A stretch of DNA of 45,393 nt from NCBI GenBank assembly GCA_046543215.1, contig JBKGZU010000001.1:1-45393 (forward strand). The letters run 5' to 3'. Positions 1-11,147 of this stretch are shown here, piece by piece. Origin of the DNA: Halodesulfurarchaeum sp. Its GTDB lineage: Archaea > Halobacteriota > Halobacteria > Halobacteriales > Halobacteriaceae. A program made the position numbers and the translations under genes. The first letter of the stretch is position 1. Each line of letters begins with the position of its first letter. A model generated the notes under the pieces. That model searched no databases, was not told where the DNA came from, and saw nothing but the letters and a program-made list of their open reading frames with translations.

Positions 1-1803
1 CGTCGCCTCCAGATCCCCGATCGCCGATTCGAGGGTTTCGAGTTTCCCGTCGACCTGTGAAACAGTCGATTGCACGGTCTCGAACTCCGCGGCCAGCTCC
101 TCGACGTCGGTCTCGAGGGCGTCGTGGGCGTCGTCGAGTGCGGATTGGCCGGCGTCGATGGCCGACAGTTCCGCCGCCAATTCCTCCTGGTCGGCCTCGA
201 CGGCCTCGACCGTCTCCGCAAGCGTGTCGTGAGCGGATTCGAGTTGCGCTTGACCGGACTCGAGTTCCGCCTGACCGGATTCGAGCTCTGTCTGTCCGGA
301 TTCGATCCGCTCTGCTCGTGAATCGAATCTGTCGACGTCCGCCTCGATGTCGTCGATGTCCTCGTCCTGCTCGTCGACTGTCTCTTCGAGATCGTCGACG
401 TCATCGTCGAGCTCGTCGACGTCTTCGTCGAGCTCCTGGACGTCGGCACCGAGTTCTGCGAGCCGTTCCTCGACGCCCTTGACGCTCGACTCGAGGCTCG
501 CCTGTCCACTGTCCAGTGCTTCGGTCTTCGTTTCGAGGGTCTCGACGGTCGTCTCGAGGTCGGCGACTTCCGAGTCGATGACCTCCCGGATGTCGTCGCT
601 GGTCCCGGCCATCTCGATGAAGTCCTCGAGGGCGTCGGTGTAGGCCTCGAGTTCGGCGACCCGGGACTGGAGGTGGTCGAACCGGACCGCCAGCGATCGA
701 CCGCCCGGCTCGGCCTCGCCCGACTCGTCTTGGCGCAGGGCCTCGGCGAGTGCCTCGCGCTCGGCCGCTGTTACCGCGCCGGATTCGAGTTCCTCGCGGA
801 GTTGGGACACGAGCGGTGTCCCGTCCGATCCGTCGGACCGGGCGACCGAATCCACAGCTGCGTCGGTCTCGTTTTGGTCCGCGGACTCGGTTTCGGCCGT
901 CGAATCCGTCGTGGGGGTTCCCACCTCCTCGCGCTCGGGAGCATCGTCCGTCCCGACGGTGGAATCGTCAGTCCCGGGGGTGGAGTCCGGATTCGCCTGA
1001 CTCATGTCTTCGTCCGTCGAGGGGGATTCCGCGGACGACTCGGCGGTCGCGGCCCGCTCGTCTGCCGACGTCTCGCTCGTACTCGTCGAATAGAGGTCCT
1101 CACTCGTGCGGCTGGCACCGGCCGGGGATTGCTCCGTTGGTTCGTCGGCCGGTGGGCCTGTCGCCTCCGCCGTTCCACGCTCCGAGTCGGCATCCTGGTC
1201 GGTGTTTGTCGAGGGTGCCGATTCGTCGGTCGACTCGCGCTCCGGAAGCGAGCCGCCGATGATCTCCGCGTCGTCGTCCGGGTACGACGGCTCGGACTTC
1301 TCGGACGTCGTTTCTTCGTCCCCCGTGCCGGTCGATTTGTTGCTCCCCGCGACCGTCGATTCGCCCACGATCACGGAATCCCTGCCACCGTCGGACGGTC
1401 CCACAGATTCGTCGGCAGTCGGGCTCCCGGTGTCTCCATCGCTCGGGTGGGCCGAGGCCGGTTCCACTTCGACCGTCGGCTCCGTGAGCAACGGTTCCGG
1501 ATCCGTTCCGTCCTCCATCCGGATGCCGTAGACCGTGGTAAACGAGGCCCCCGGATCCACCTCGCGTTCGAACCGGAGCGTGCCGTCACTCCGGGCGGTC
1601 CAGTGGTCGCTGCCGTAATCCGGGTGAAAACCGATCTGGTCGATCGTAAACCGATCCGGCACCGTCTCGGTAATCCGCAGCGAGACCGGTTCAGACCGCT
1701 CCGAATCGACCGCAAGTGTCACCGCCGGGACCGGAAACCCTTCCGCGTCGAAGGACTTCGAAACCGTCACTCCGGCTTCGCGGACGACCCGTTCCTCAGT
1801 CAC
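1..1803 (-). CDS. Large acidic coiled-coil protein (haloarchaeal hypothetical, SMC-like C-terminal heptads); runs off the left edge
   Basis: GTG at 1803 is preceded by GAGGTGG. It reads MTEERVVREAGVTVSKSFDAEGFPVPAV...IGFHPDYGSDHW, then an acidic linker, then heptads (HLQSRVAELEAYTDALEDF, LESGQAE). Absent from the ORF track, consistent with no stop inside the window. Confidence 0.8.
   Translation of the reverse strand, partial: MTEERVVREAGVTVSKSFDAEGFPVPAVTLAVDSERSEPVSLRITETVPDRFTIDQIGFHPDYGSDHWTARSDGTLRFEREVDPGASFTTVYGIRMEDGTDPEPLLTEPTVEVEPASAHPSDGDTGSPTADESVGPSDGGRDSVIVGESTVAGSNKSTGTGDEETTSEKSEPSYPDDDAEIIGGSLPERESTDESAPSTNTDQDADSERGTAEATGPPADEPTEQSPAGASRTSEDLYSTSTSETSADERAATAESSAESPSTDEDMSQANPDSTPGTDDSTVGTDDAPEREEVGTPTTDSTAETESADQNETDAAVDSVARSDGSDGTPLVSQLREELESGAVTAAEREALAEALRQDESGEAEPGGRSLAVRFDHLQSRVAELEAYTDALEDFIEMAGTSDDIREVIDSEVADLETTVETLETKTEALDSGQASLESSVKGVEERLAELGADVQELDEDVDELDDDVDDLEETVDEQDEDIDDIEADVDRFDSRAERIESGQTELESGQAELESGQAQLESAHDTLAETVEAVEADQEELAAELSAIDAGQSALDDAHDALETDVEELAAEFETVQSTVSQVDGKLETLESAIGDLEAT
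238..300. repeat. 3 x 21-bp degenerate coding tandem repeat (heptad SGQxxLE)
   Basis: ttcgagttgcgcttgaccgga / ctcgagttccgcctgaccgga / ttcgagctctgtctgtccgga. Confidence 0.75.
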
Positions 1804-1929
1804 GAGAACCACCTCGGCGTATCATAGCTGTTCCGGCCTAGTGGCCGGTCACGCATAAAACGCCGCTTTCGGACATTCTGGACCTGCCATCGCCGAGCGG
1901 ATCGACAGTAGACATCTCGTGCACAGTCC

Positions 1930-2769
1930 TCACTCGACGTCGATCCGGTCGCCGATCTCGACGACGTCGATGTGGCGGGGAAACTCGCGGGACCGGCGGT
2001 GCTCGAAGAGCGCGGTCGGGTCGGCGGTGAGCCCCTTCCACATGTCCCAGTGGGAGGGGAGGAGCCGGTCGAGTTGCAGATCGACGGCGAGATCGATGAC
2101 CTGGGTCTCGTCGCTGTACCACTTCGTTCGCTTTGGCACTCCTGTTTCCTTGTCAGGGATGGTTCCGGTGCTCCCGAAGGCCAGGATGCCGAGGTCGATG
2201 TCGTACTGTTCGCCGATGGGGACCAGCTCGGCTCCGGGTTTGGTATCACCGCCGTGGAAGACGGTCACCCCCTCGTACTCGACGAGGTAGGAGACCGGCT
2301 CGATCGCGTCGGGATCGAATGCGGGTTCGACGTGGACCGTCACCGCGCCGAACTCGCGGGTGTCTCCCGGGGCCACCACGTCGAACTGGTCGGCGTCGAC
2401 GCCGTAATTCTCCGTCCAACCTTCCGTTTCCCGGGCTTTCTCGACGCTCGCGGCCGGGCCGACGAAGTCCGCGCCGGTGCCCGTCAGGATCGGGGCCTGG
2501 CTCGGCCCGTGTACGTGATCCGTGTGCTCGTGGGTCGCCAGCACCGCGTCGGCCGCTCGCACGTCGAACGGGTCGAACGGAACCGGGATCATCCGGACCG
2601 TTCTCGGCGGGTCGCCCGTTCCGAGGTACGGATCGATGAACAGCGTGGTCCCGTCCCCCGCTTTGAGAACGAAGCCGTTGCAGCCGAGATACCAGATCGC
2701 GAGGCCGTCCGGATCGGCGTCCGCCACCGCTTCCGGGAGCCAGTTGCCCCAGTCGCTGTGAACTTCCAT
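1930..2769 (-). CDS. MBL-fold metallo-hydrolase (UlaG-like)
   Basis: WYLGCNGF, IDPYL, THEHTDH metal motif, FHGGDT, PSHWD; ATG at 2769 chosen as start. Confidence 0.85.
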   Translation of the reverse strand: MEVHSDWGNWLPEAVADADPDGLAIWYLGCNGFVLKAGDGTTLFIDPYLGTGDPPRTVRMIPVPFDPFDVRAADAVLATHEHTDHVHGPSQAPILTGTGADFVGPAASVEKARETEGWTENYGVDADQFDVVAPGDTREFGAVTVHVEPAFDPDAIEPVSYLVEYEGVTVFHGGDTKPGAELVPIGEQYDIDLGILAFGSTGTIPDKETGVPKRTKWYSDETQVIDLAVDLQLDRLLPSHWDMWKGLTADPTALFEHRRSREFPRHIDVVEIGDRIDVE

Positions 2770-2838
2770 GTCCGGTTGCAGGCGCGCCCGCTCTTTAGCC
2801 ACTTCGGGTCACCGCCGCGTGGTCCGGGACCGGACGGG

Positions 2839-2844
2839 TTATAC
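2839..2844 (+). promoter_or_regulatory. Putative TATA box for dph2
   Basis: TTATAC 24 bp before ATG 2869, the spacing expected for a leaderless haloarchaeal transcript. Confidence 0.5.
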
Positions 2845-2868
2845 CTGCCAATCCAGTAAACCGGCGTA

Positions 2869-3903
2869 ATGACCGATTCGGACGGCTGGGACGGCGACCT
2901 CCGCGATACGGGACTCGCACTCACGCACGACCGGGAGTGGGATTACGAACTCGAGCGGGTCGCCGAGGCAGTACGGGAACGTGACGCGGAGTCGGTCGGC
3001 CTCCAGTTTCCCGAGGGCATCAAGCGACGTGCACCAGGTGTCGTGGACGACCTGCAGACACTCCTCCCAGAGCCCGTGACACTCTACATCTCCGGCGAGG
3101 CGAACTTCGGCGCCTGCGACCTCGATACGGATCTCATGCGACGCACCGATCTCTTCGTTCACTTCGGTCACTCGCCGATGGTCGAGAGCGAGGGGGTTCT
3201 TTACGTCCCGCTGCGCTCGAACGTGGACGTCATTCCGATCATGGAACGCGCCGTGGAGCATTTGGAGATCGGTGAGGTGGGGTTGGTCACGACGGCCCAG
3301 CACATGAACACGTTCGAGGAGATGCAGTCGTTCCTCGAGGATCGCGGCTTCACGGTCCAGACCAGACGCGGTGACGACCGACTGACTCACGAGGGACAGG
3401 TCCTGGGCTGCAACTACGCGAGCGCGAAGGTTCCCGCGGATCAGGTACTCTACGTCGGTGGTGGCGGGTTCCACCCCTCCGGACTCGCGATGGACAACCC
3501 GGACAAACAGGTCGTTATCGCGGACCCCGTGAACAACGTCGTCAAGCCCGCGTCGGCGGAGAAATTCGTCAAACAGCGATACGCCGCGATTCACGCGGCG
3601 ATGGACGCCGACACGTGGGGTATCATCGCTGGCACGAAGATCGGCCAGCGTCGCCACGGCATCGCCGAGGAACTCGCCGCGGAGAACGACGACGCCTACC
3701 TGCTCACTCTCGACGAGATCACCCCCGATCACCTCCGGAACTTCGGGCTGGACGCCTACGTGAACACGGCCTGTCCCCGCATCACGACCGACGACGGGCC
3801 CCAGTTCGACCAGCCGTTGCTTACCCCACAGGAGTACCGGATCGCGATCGGCGAGGAGCCAATGGACGCACTCGGGTTCGACACCTTCGAAGGCACGTGG
3901 TGA
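2869..3903 (+). CDS. dph2: Diphthamide biosynthesis enzyme Dph2
   Basis: GLQFPEG and VHFGHS, plus three Fe-S cysteines in FGACD, QVLGCN and NTACPR. Confidence 0.93.
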   Translation: MTDSDGWDGDLRDTGLALTHDREWDYELERVAEAVRERDAESVGLQFPEGIKRRAPGVVDDLQTLLPEPVTLYISGEANFGACDLDTDLMRRTDLFVHFGHSPMVESEGVLYVPLRSNVDVIPIMERAVEHLEIGEVGLVTTAQHMNTFEEMQSFLEDRGFTVQTRRGDDRLTHEGQVLGCNYASAKVPADQVLYVGGGGFHPSGLAMDNPDKQVVIADPVNNVVKPASAEKFVKQRYAAIHAAMDADTWGIIAGTKIGQRRHGIAEELAAENDDAYLLTLDEITPDHLRNFGLDAYVNTACPRITTDDGPQFDQPLLTPQEYRIAIGEEPMDALGFDTFEGTW

Positions 3904-3922
3904 GAATGGGGGGACCGAACGA

Positions 3923-4546
3923 ATGGGATTGAAGTCACAGCTGGAGGCCGAACTCCAGGATGTTTCGGACTTCGCGTCTCCCGACCGGGATCTCGAGCAG
4001 TACCGGACCCCCGCGTCGGTCGCCGCTCACCTCGTCGCGCTGGCGGATCTCCAGGGCGATATCGAGGATCGAACGGTCGTCGACCTCGGGAGCGGGACCG
4101 GCATGCTCGCCCTCGGGGCGGCCCTTCGATCGCCCCGGCGAGTGATCGGCGTCGAGCTGGACGACCGGGCGATTTCCGTCGCCCGGGAGAACGAAGCTGG
4201 GATCTTCGACGACCGCCGAATCGACTGGCTCCGGGGCGATGTGACCCGGGCCCCGCTGGCCCTCGACCGGTCGACAGTGGTGGCCAATCCCCCGTTCGGC
4301 GCCCACGAGGACAACCGACACGCCGATCGCGATTTCCTCGAGACGATCGCCACCGGCGCGGCAGTCTCCTACACGATCCACAACGAGGGGAGTCGGGAGT
4401 TCCTCGAGGCATTCACGATGGACAACGGCGGGCGGATCACCCACGCCTACGGGGTCGAATTTTACGTCCCGAAGCAGTTCCGCCACCACGAGGCCGAAAG
4501 CCACGCGATCCAGGCCGAGCTCTATCGAGTCGTCTGGGATCGTTGA
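3923..4546 (+). CDS. METTL5-family SAM-dependent RNA methyltransferase
   Basis: LEQYRTP, DLGSGTGML SAM motif, NPPFG. Confidence 0.88.
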   Translation: MGLKSQLEAELQDVSDFASPDRDLEQYRTPASVAAHLVALADLQGDIEDRTVVDLGSGTGMLALGAALRSPRRVIGVELDDRAISVARENEAGIFDDRRIDWLRGDVTRAPLALDRSTVVANPPFGAHEDNRHADRDFLETIATGAAVSYTIHNEGSREFLEAFTMDNGGRITHAYGVEFYVPKQFRHHEAESHAIQAELYRVVWDR

Positions 4547-4601
4547 ATCGGATCGCAATCGGCCGGTCCGGATCTCCAGTGGTGGGATCGCCGGTGGCTG
4601 T

Positions 4602-6239
4602 CTACCGGTTTTCGGCCTCGAAGACCGGGACCCGCGTGTCCGAACGCTCGACCCAGATGACCGACTCGTTGTTCTCGATCGTGAGTTCGCCGAGTCTCAC
4701 GCTCTCCGCGGATTCCGGGACCGGGACTCGATCCGGGAGCGCCGCAACGCTCGATCCGTTCGCTGCGGTGGCTTCGATCACGAAGCTCCCGTTGTCGGGG
4801 GCGATGGCGAGTTCGTGGCCGGCGACGACCGTGTTGGCGGTCGCCGGTTCGCTCTCGTGGAGTGGCGTGACGGCGCCATCACCGGTTGTTGCCGCGACGG
4901 TGTAGGCCCTGTTGCCACCGGCCGCGCGCCATCCGGTCCGCTCGATGGTGACCGTCTCTCGCCAGTTGAGGCCCCCGACCGTGACGGTCCGCCGACCGTC
5001 GTTTTCGAGCCGACCCGTCGAGATCGCCTCGGTGAAGACGTGCCTGTCGGGGTTCGCGACGATGACGCCGCTGACCGTGGGCGGGTCCGGGGTGTCGACC
5101 ACCGAGAGATTGATCGGCTCGAATCGGGGGTCCTCGACCTCGTCGCCGTAGCCGATTTCGTATCCGTCGACGGAGACCGTTTGCCCGGGAGGGCCGAAGT
5201 CGCCCGCGGAGGCGGTCAGGTTGATGGGCATGGCGACCGCGCCCATGAGGACGATTGGAAACACGATCAGGCCCACGGACACCTGTCTTCTCGACAGTTC
5301 CGCCACCGGCGACTCCTGGAGCGTTCCTGCAACGGTGATCAGGAGGGCGACGCCGAGGACGAGCACGACGCCCGGGCCCCGAAAGAGCTGGAACGAGCCG
5401 GGGCCGGCATACCACCAGACGGCCCAGAGCGTGAGGGAACTGCCGACGAGCACGCTCGCCGGGAAGAGCCGCCAGGGGTCGAGCCGGTCCAGTTGCGGGC
5501 GTCGGGAGCGGATGGCCAGGCCCAGGCCGACACCGAGCAGGAGTCCGAGGAGGTGGGTCTGGATCGCCACGTCGGCCCACCAGGGAGAGCCATAGGAGCT
5601 GCCCGCGGAGGCCGTGAGGATCGGATCGCGCAGACTCCAGAAAACCGTGATCGCGAACTCGCGGGCGACGAGGCCGACGACGGCCACGAACGGGTAATTG
5701 ATCAGCACGTATCCGACTGTGGCATAGACAACCCCGGAGAATCCGATGATCGGACCCCACGCGAAAAGGCTGGTGAGCAGCGCGACGCCGAAAACGCCAG
5801 CCGGAACCAGCCCGAAGGCCCTGACGTACGGATTCCGCCGCCACGAACCGAAAGCAGAGGCCCCCCGCCGTGTCGGGAAATGACCGAACGCGTACTCCCC
5901 GATCGACCCGAAAATGAGAAACGCTGCGAGGTTCCCCACGAGGTGACCGAGCCCCTGGTGAGCGATCGGCGCGGTCGCCATCCCCAGCGGGTATCGGAGC
6001 GACCACGAGGTAAACGGGAGCGTGAGGACCGTTTCGTGCCCCCAGTCCCCCTGCACGAACAGGAAGAACGCCGCGACGAGCCCGATCGAAAGGAGCGTCC
6101 CGATCGGGAGCCCGAAGAGGAGCCGCGTCCGGAGCCGGGAACCCGTCTCGGCGGGCGGTCGCAGTGAGAAGACCAGGGCGATCGCCAGCACGAACGCGAC
6201 GAGGATCGCGAGCCTGGCCCCCACCGTGAGGAGATCCAT
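4602..6239 (-). CDS. Rhomboid-family intramembrane serine protease with soluble C-terminal extension
   Basis: HLVGN, GFSG (catalytic Ser), HLLG (catalytic His), many TM segments; ATG at 6239. Confidence 0.88.
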   Translation of the reverse strand: MDLLTVGARLAILVAFVLAIALVFSLRPPAETGSRLRTRLLFGLPIGTLLSIGLVAAFFLFVQGDWGHETVLTLPFTSWSLRYPLGMATAPIAHQGLGHLVGNLAAFLIFGSIGEYAFGHFPTRRGASAFGSWRRNPYVRAFGLVPAGVFGVALLTSLFAWGPIIGFSGVVYATVGYVLINYPFVAVVGLVAREFAITVFWSLRDPILTASAGSSYGSPWWADVAIQTHLLGLLLGVGLGLAIRSRRPQLDRLDPWRLFPASVLVGSSLTLWAVWWYAGPGSFQLFRGPGVVLVLGVALLITVAGTLQESPVAELSRRQVSVGLIVFPIVLMGAVAMPINLTASAGDFGPPGQTVSVDGYEIGYGDEVEDPRFEPINLSVVDTPDPPTVSGVIVANPDRHVFTEAISTGRLENDGRRTVTVGGLNWRETVTIERTGWRAAGGNRAYTVAATTGDGAVTPLHESEPATANTVVAGHELAIAPDNGSFVIEATAANGSSVAALPDRVPVPESAESVRLGELTIENNESVIWVERSDTRVPVFEAENR

Positions 6240-6381
6240 ACCAACCCGTGTTCTGCGATCGGGTAAAAACCTCCTCCCTTCCAGAGCACTGTTCGGACGG
6301 ATCGACTCGAACGTCAGTGGTGGTGGCCCGCGAAACAGCCGGGTCGAAACGTTCAAACGACTCACTGGTTTACTCGCCGAT

Positions 6382-6666
6382 ATGGATCTTCGGGTCATCG
6401 AGCGCGGAGAATCGGAACTCGTCATCGAGATCGCCGGCGAGGATCACACGTTCATGAACGTCCTCAAGGGGGCCCTGCTCGAGGACGAAGCCGTCTCTGC
6501 GGCGACCTACGACATGAACCCGGAACAGTCCGGCGGGCAAACTGAACCGGTGTTGACGGTCAAAACGGAAGACGGCTCCGACCCGCTCGAGGCACTGGAG
6601 AGCGCGGCCGGGCGGATCAAGGAGCAATTGACCGACTTGCAGAGCGCGTTCGACGCGGCGGCCTGA
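6382..6666 (+). CDS. rpoL: DNA-directed RNA polymerase subunit L (Rpo11)
   Basis: [15 protein letters not shown] signature; 94 aa from ATG 6382. Confidence 0.95.
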   Translation: MDLRVIERGESELVIEIAGEDHTFMNVLKGALLEDEAVSAATYDMNPEQSGGQTEPVLTVKTEDGSDPLEALESAAGRIKEQLTDLQSAFDAAA

Positions 6667-6698
6667 TTCGGGGTATTTGGACCGAGACGAGTTCTCGC

Positions 6699-7514
6699 TT
6701 ACAATCTGACCGGGATCCCCTGCTCGTCGAGGTACTTCTTCGTCTCCTGGATCGTGAACTCCTCGAAGTGGAAGATCGACGCGGCGAGCGCGGCGTCGGC
6801 TCCGGCTTCGAACACCTCGTCCATGTGGAGCGGACTACCACAGCCGGAAGAGGCTATGACGGGCGTCGAGACGGCCTCCGAGACGGCCTTCATGAGCGGC
6901 AGGTCGTAGCCGTTCTTTGTCCCGTCCCGGTCGATGGAATTGATGAACATCTCGCCGGCGCCGCGTTCCTCGGCTTCCTGCACCCAGTCGAGGACGTCGA
7001 TCCCGGTCCCCTTCCGTCCGCCGTGGACGGTTGCCTCGTACCAGACTGGCTCGCCGTCCTCGTCTTCGACGTAGTGCTCGCCCGCGTCGTCATAGCGCCG
7101 GCGGGCGTCGACGCTGAGAAGGATGCACTGGTTCCCGAACGCCTTGGCCCCCTCCGTGATGAGTTCTGGTCGCTCGATCGCGCCCGTGTTGATCGATACC
7201 TTGTCCGCCCCGGCGCGGAGCGTCTCCCTGATGTCCGCGACAGTGCGGATGCCGCCACCGACGGTGAGGGGAATAAAGACCTCGTCGGCGACGTCCCGGA
7301 CCACGTCGAGCATCGTCTCCCGTCCCTCCGCCGACGCGGTGATGTCGAGGAAGACGAACTCGTCGGCCCCGGCCTCGTTGTATCGCTTTGCCATCTCGAC
7401 CGGGTCACCCGTGTACTCGAGGTCCTCGAACTGGACGCCGGTGTAGACCGCTGCATTGCCGTCCTCGTCGGTATCGACGTCGATGCAGGGAATGACGCGC
7501 TTCGTGAGTGTCAT
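6699..7514 (-). CDS. hisF: Imidazole glycerol phosphate synthase cyclase subunit
   Basis: [53 protein letters not shown]. Confidence 0.97.
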   Translation of the reverse strand: MTLTKRVIPCIDVDTDEDGNAAVYTGVQFEDLEYTGDPVEMAKRYNEAGADEFVFLDITASAEGRETMLDVVRDVADEVFIPLTVGGGIRTVADIRETLRAGADKVSINTGAIERPELITEGAKAFGNQCILLSVDARRRYDDAGEHYVEDEDGEPVWYEATVHGGRKGTGIDVLDWVQEAEERGAGEMFINSIDRDGTKNGYDLPLMKAVSEAVSTPVIASSGCGSPLHMDEVFEAGADAALAASIFHFEEFTIQETKKYLDEQGIPVRL

Positions 7515-7641
7515 CGATCACCCTCCCGATCGGCGCTGATCGGTCCCGCTGGTCCGTGCATACCTGGACTTCGGTTCGCGCGTAAATAGGCTACCGGTTA
7601 GCGCAACGACTTGCTTGCTCGATTCCGCTTCCAACCGTTCC

Positions 7642-7797
7642 TTAGATCCCGATGATGGCGTCACACGACGGACAGACGGTCGCGATCGCCTGTGAGGGTT
7701 CCTCGGTCTCATCCGCTACCGCCGATGATGGACTCAGTTCGAGCATTTCCGCTTCGACGTGATCGATCTCGGCTTCGCAGTTGGGGCATTTTGCCAT
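7642..7797 (-). CDS. Small CPxC zinc-finger microprotein (51 aa)
   Basis: MAKCPNCEAEI...VCPSCDAIIGI; two CPxC motifs, acidic composition. Confidence 0.75.
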   Translation of the reverse strand: MAKCPNCEAEIDHVEAEMLELSPSSAVADETEEPSQAIATVCPSCDAIIGI

Positions 7798-7964
7798 GGA
7801 ACGGGAAAGGTCGCCGTGAAACATAAGCGTACTGTCAAATAAGGTTGGATCGGAACAACTCGGGCTGTATTGAGATAGCTGGGGAAGGGGCCAGGGGTGG
7901 GGAACCCACACGTTCGAAGCGCGGCTTCGATACTGCAAAGTAAGCGGAGCCCCGAGACTCGCCC

Positions 7965-8162
7965 ATGGACGAAACGGACACCGACGCCGCGGAAGCGGAG
8001 ACCGGGGAGGGCGAGGAACCGGACACAGCGGGGACCGAGGACCAGATCGACGAACGCGTCACCGCCCCGATGCAGTCCTTCGGCACGCGGGAAGTGACGA
8101 TCGGCCTCGTCGTCCTCGCTGTCGGGCTGCTCGTCGCGTTTCTGTTGCCACTCGCGTTCTAA
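7965..8162 (+). CDS. Small protein with acidic N-terminus and C-terminal TM helix
   Basis: RVTAPMQSF followed by hydrophobic IGLVVLAVGLLVAFLLPLAF. Confidence 0.75.
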   Translation: MDETDTDAAEAETGEGEEPDTAGTEDQIDERVTAPMQSFGTREVTIGLVVLAVGLLVAFLLPLAF

Positions 8163-8191
8163 AGTCGATTGTTGCTCCCGGCCACACCGGT

Positions 8192-10306
8192 TCAGCCGAG
8201 CGCTTCGAGGGTCGACCTGAACTCCTGCAGCGTCTCGGCGTCGTACTCGAGTGAGTCCGCCCTTTCTTCGACCCACAACGAGAGGTCGCCTGCTGTCGTC
8301 GCGGTCCCGATCGACTCGACCGACACGGCCGAATCGACCGCCGCGGTCACCGCGGCGGGATCCGTCGTTTCGACGACGACACGCCCGGGCGCTTCCGAAA
8401 AGAGCGTTTTGACGGTCGGAACCGACGCCTCGATTCCGCCGTCTTCGTGCACCATCTCGGCGAGGGTAACCAGTAAGCCGCCGTCGCTCACGTCGTGGAC
8501 GGCTATCGTGCTGTCGAGTCGAGCGACCGCCCGAATCGCTTCGATCCGTGCTTTCGGGTCCGCGGGCAGGTCCGGGAACCGATCCGCCCCGCCGAGCTGG
8601 GCCAGGAGTTCAGACCCGCCGAGTCGCTCAGCGAATCCGCCGAGCAACACGAGCTCGCCTTCGCCTTTGCTTTCGAGCGTGGGGGCCTCGTAGTCCGGCG
8701 TGGTCCCGATCATCGCGAGGGTCGGCGTCGGTGGAATGGGACCGACGGTCGAGTCGTTGTACAGGGAGACGTTCCCTCCGACGACTGGCACGTCGAGGTC
8801 GCTGCACCCGTCGGCCAGGCCGTCGACGATGGCCGCGAACTCGCCGTACACGTCCGGTTTTTCCGGGTTGCCGGCGTTCACGCAGTCGACGGTCGCGAGT
8901 GGGGACGTTCCCTTGGCCGCGAGGTTGGTCGCGTTCTCGATCACAGTCGCGTAAGCGCCCTCGTAGGGGGCAGTCTCCGTCCAGGTGGGTTCGGTCCCCG
9001 AGGTCAGGGCGAGACCCTGCTCTGCTTCGCGAATCGCCAGGATTCCCGCGTCGTCACCGGGTCGCATGGCGGTTCGGGTCCCGACCTCGTGGTCGTACTG
9101 CCGGTAGACCCACTCGTCGCTGGCCGTGTTCGGACTTCGGATAATCGTCTCGGCCGCTTTCTCGAGGTCGATGTCCGGAATGTCCGGCTCCGGCTGTGTC
9201 GGGTCGATGGTCGGCAGGTCGTTCATCGGCGCTCCGTCGGCGACGTATTCCGCGGGGACGTCGACGACGGGCTCGCCCTCGAAGGTACAGACGTACCGGC
9301 CGGTCTCGGTCGTCTCGCCGATGACCGAGACCCCGAGGTCGAACCGCTCGGCGATCGCCTCGACCCGGGCCGCGTTCGCCGGCTCGACCTCGTAGATCAT
9401 GCGCTCCTGGGACTCGGCCAGCAGGATCTCAGTGGCGTTCATGCCCGGTTCGCGGAGGTGGACGGCTCCGAGGTCGATCTCGGCGCCGAGACCACCTTTC
9501 GCGATCAGTTCGGAGCTGGCGCCCCCGAGACCGGCTGCACCCAGGTCCCTGGCGGACTCGACCAGTCCCTCGTCGAGCAGTTCCTCGTTTGCCTCGATGA
9601 GGAGTTTCTCGGTGTAGGGATCGCCCACCTGGACGGCCGGTCGGTCCTCGGTCTCGGCGTCCTCGCCGAGATCCTCGCTCGCGAAACTCGCCCCGCCGAG
9701 TCCGTCCCGGCCGGTGGCGTTGCCGACGAGGACGAGCCGGTTCCCCGGTTCGCTCGCCTCGGCGGTGAGCAGTCGTTCCTCGTCGACGAGTCCGACGCAG
9801 GCGACGTTCACGAGCGGATTCCCCTCGTAATCGGGGTGAAAGCGAGTGCTTCCGGCGATCGTCGGCACCCCGATCGAATTTCCGTAGTCCCCGATTCCTT
9901 CGACGATTCCCTCGAGGAGATAGCGCGGATGTTCGTCCTCGAAGTCCCCGACGTAGAGCGAATCGGCGAGCCCGATGGGATAGGCTCCCATCGAGATGAT
10001 GTCCCGGACGATTCCTCCGACCCCGGTGGCTGCACCGTCGTAGGGATCGACGTAGGAGGGGTGGTTGTGGCTCTCGATTCCGAAGGCCACGAAGGTCTCG
10101 TCGTCGAGTGCCACCACCGCCGCGTCGTCGCCGGGCCCGACGACGACCTGCTCGCTCTCGCTCTCGAACGCGCCCAGGAGCGGCCGGGAGGACCGGTAGG
10201 CACAGTGCTCGCTCCAGAGGTTCTCGAAGAGCGCGGCCTCCGGTCGCGTCGGCTCGCGATCGAGCGTGTCGGTGACCAGTTCGCGGTCCGAATCGGCCAG
10301 CGTCAT
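8192..10306 (-). CDS. purL: Phosphoribosylformylglycinamidine synthase subunit PurL
   Basis: [60 protein letters not shown]. Confidence 0.97.
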   Translation of the reverse strand: MTLADSDRELVTDTLDREPTRPEAALFENLWSEHCAYRSSRPLLGAFESESEQVVVGPGDDAAVVALDDETFVAFGIESHNHPSYVDPYDGAATGVGGIVRDIISMGAYPIGLADSLYVGDFEDEHPRYLLEGIVEGIGDYGNSIGVPTIAGSTRFHPDYEGNPLVNVACVGLVDEERLLTAEASEPGNRLVLVGNATGRDGLGGASFASEDLGEDAETEDRPAVQVGDPYTEKLLIEANEELLDEGLVESARDLGAAGLGGASSELIAKGGLGAEIDLGAVHLREPGMNATEILLAESQERMIYEVEPANAARVEAIAERFDLGVSVIGETTETGRYVCTFEGEPVVDVPAEYVADGAPMNDLPTIDPTQPEPDIPDIDLEKAAETIIRSPNTASDEWVYRQYDHEVGTRTAMRPGDDAGILAIREAEQGLALTSGTEPTWTETAPYEGAYATVIENATNLAAKGTSPLATVDCVNAGNPEKPDVYGEFAAIVDGLADGCSDLDVPVVGGNVSLYNDSTVGPIPPTPTLAMIGTTPDYEAPTLESKGEGELVLLGGFAERLGGSELLAQLGGADRFPDLPADPKARIEAIRAVARLDSTIAVHDVSDGGLLVTLAEMVHEDGGIEASVPTVKTLFSEAPGRVVVETTDPAAVTAAVDSAVSVESIGTATTAGDLSLWVEERADSLEYDAETLQEFRSTLEALG

Positions 10307-10410
10307 TCATCTCGATGGTCATCACCGGCGACTATAGGGCTTGTCATGTCCACGGTCGTGCATTCACTGTGATCGAGGCGCTTTTCATTACCGGCGCCAA
10401 ACCCAATCTC

Positions 10411-11094
10411 GTGCTCACCGTCGAGCTCCACGCCCACTCCGAACGGTCACACGACGGTCGCGATCCCGTCGAGCTGCTCCTCGAACAGGCTGCAGCAGTC
10501 GGGCTCGATGCGATCGCCGTCACGGATCACGACGCCTTCGAGGAGAGCGAACGGGCCGCTGCCCTCGCCCCGGAGTTCGGCCTGATCGGCATTCCCGGAA
10601 TGGAGGTGACCTCGGCCGCCGGGCACGTGCTCGCACTCGGCATCGACCGGAAAATTCCGGCTGGACGGTCCTTCGAGGAGACGATTGCGGCCATCCACGA
10701 GGCCGGCGGCATCGCGGTGGTTCCACATCCCTTCCAGAAGTCCCGCAGCGGTGTCGCCCCGAACATCTCGCGGGAGGCGTTGACGTCCGCCGACGCCATC
10801 GAGGTGTACAACTCGCGGCTCCTCACCGGGCGCGCGAACCGGAAAGCCCGGCAGTTCGCCGAGACACACGACTTGCCCCAGACCGCCGGTTCGGACGCCC
10901 ATATTGCGGAACTCGTCGGGCAGGCGATCACGGCCGTCGAGGTCGAACGCGAGACGGCGGCCGGGATCGTCGACGCGATTCGGGCGGGCCGAACCTCTGT
11001 CGAGGGGCAGCGAACGCCGTGGCACATCAGCTTCCGGCAGGCAGCCGGGGGCGCCAAACGGCGGCTGATAAACCGTCTCGCGAGCTTTTTCTGA
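10411..11094 (+). CDS. PHP-domain metal-dependent phosphoesterase
   Basis: ELHAHS..SHDG, AVTDHD, PHPF, GSDAH; GTG start at 10411. Confidence 0.88.
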   Translation: MLTVELHAHSERSHDGRDPVELLLEQAAAVGLDAIAVTDHDAFEESERAAALAPEFGLIGIPGMEVTSAAGHVLALGIDRKIPAGRSFEETIAAIHEAGGIAVVPHPFQKSRSGVAPNISREALTSADAIEVYNSRLLTGRANRKARQFAETHDLPQTAGSDAHIAELVGQAITAVEVERETAAGIVDAIRAGRTSVEGQRTPWHISFRQAAGGAKRRLINRLASFF

Positions 11095-11147
11095 TCGGTC
11101 CCGGGGGTATCGAAACCCTTACCGAACGACCACCCCTTCGCCCGGGT

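Noticed and set aside
673-1827. 384-aa plus-strand ORF
   Set aside because: Arg-rich antisense shadow of the acidic minus-strand gene at 1-1803.
7897-7930. Two small hairpins (gtgg-ggaac-ccac; tcgaagc-gcg-gcttcga) as a tRNA or ncRNA
   Set aside because: No cloverleaf or acceptor stem can be formed; short GC stems are expected by chance.
8495-10372. 625-aa plus-strand ORF
   Set aside because: Antisense shadow of purL caused by GC codon bias; no motifs.
10341-11147. Apparent long N-terminal extension of GatC; likewise RpoL (6022), MenB (18068), MenC (15983), PurA (25325) and ProRS (42359)
   Set aside because: The extensions overlap neighbouring genes or spacers and have non-halophilic composition. 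Family homology begins at the downstream starts reported.
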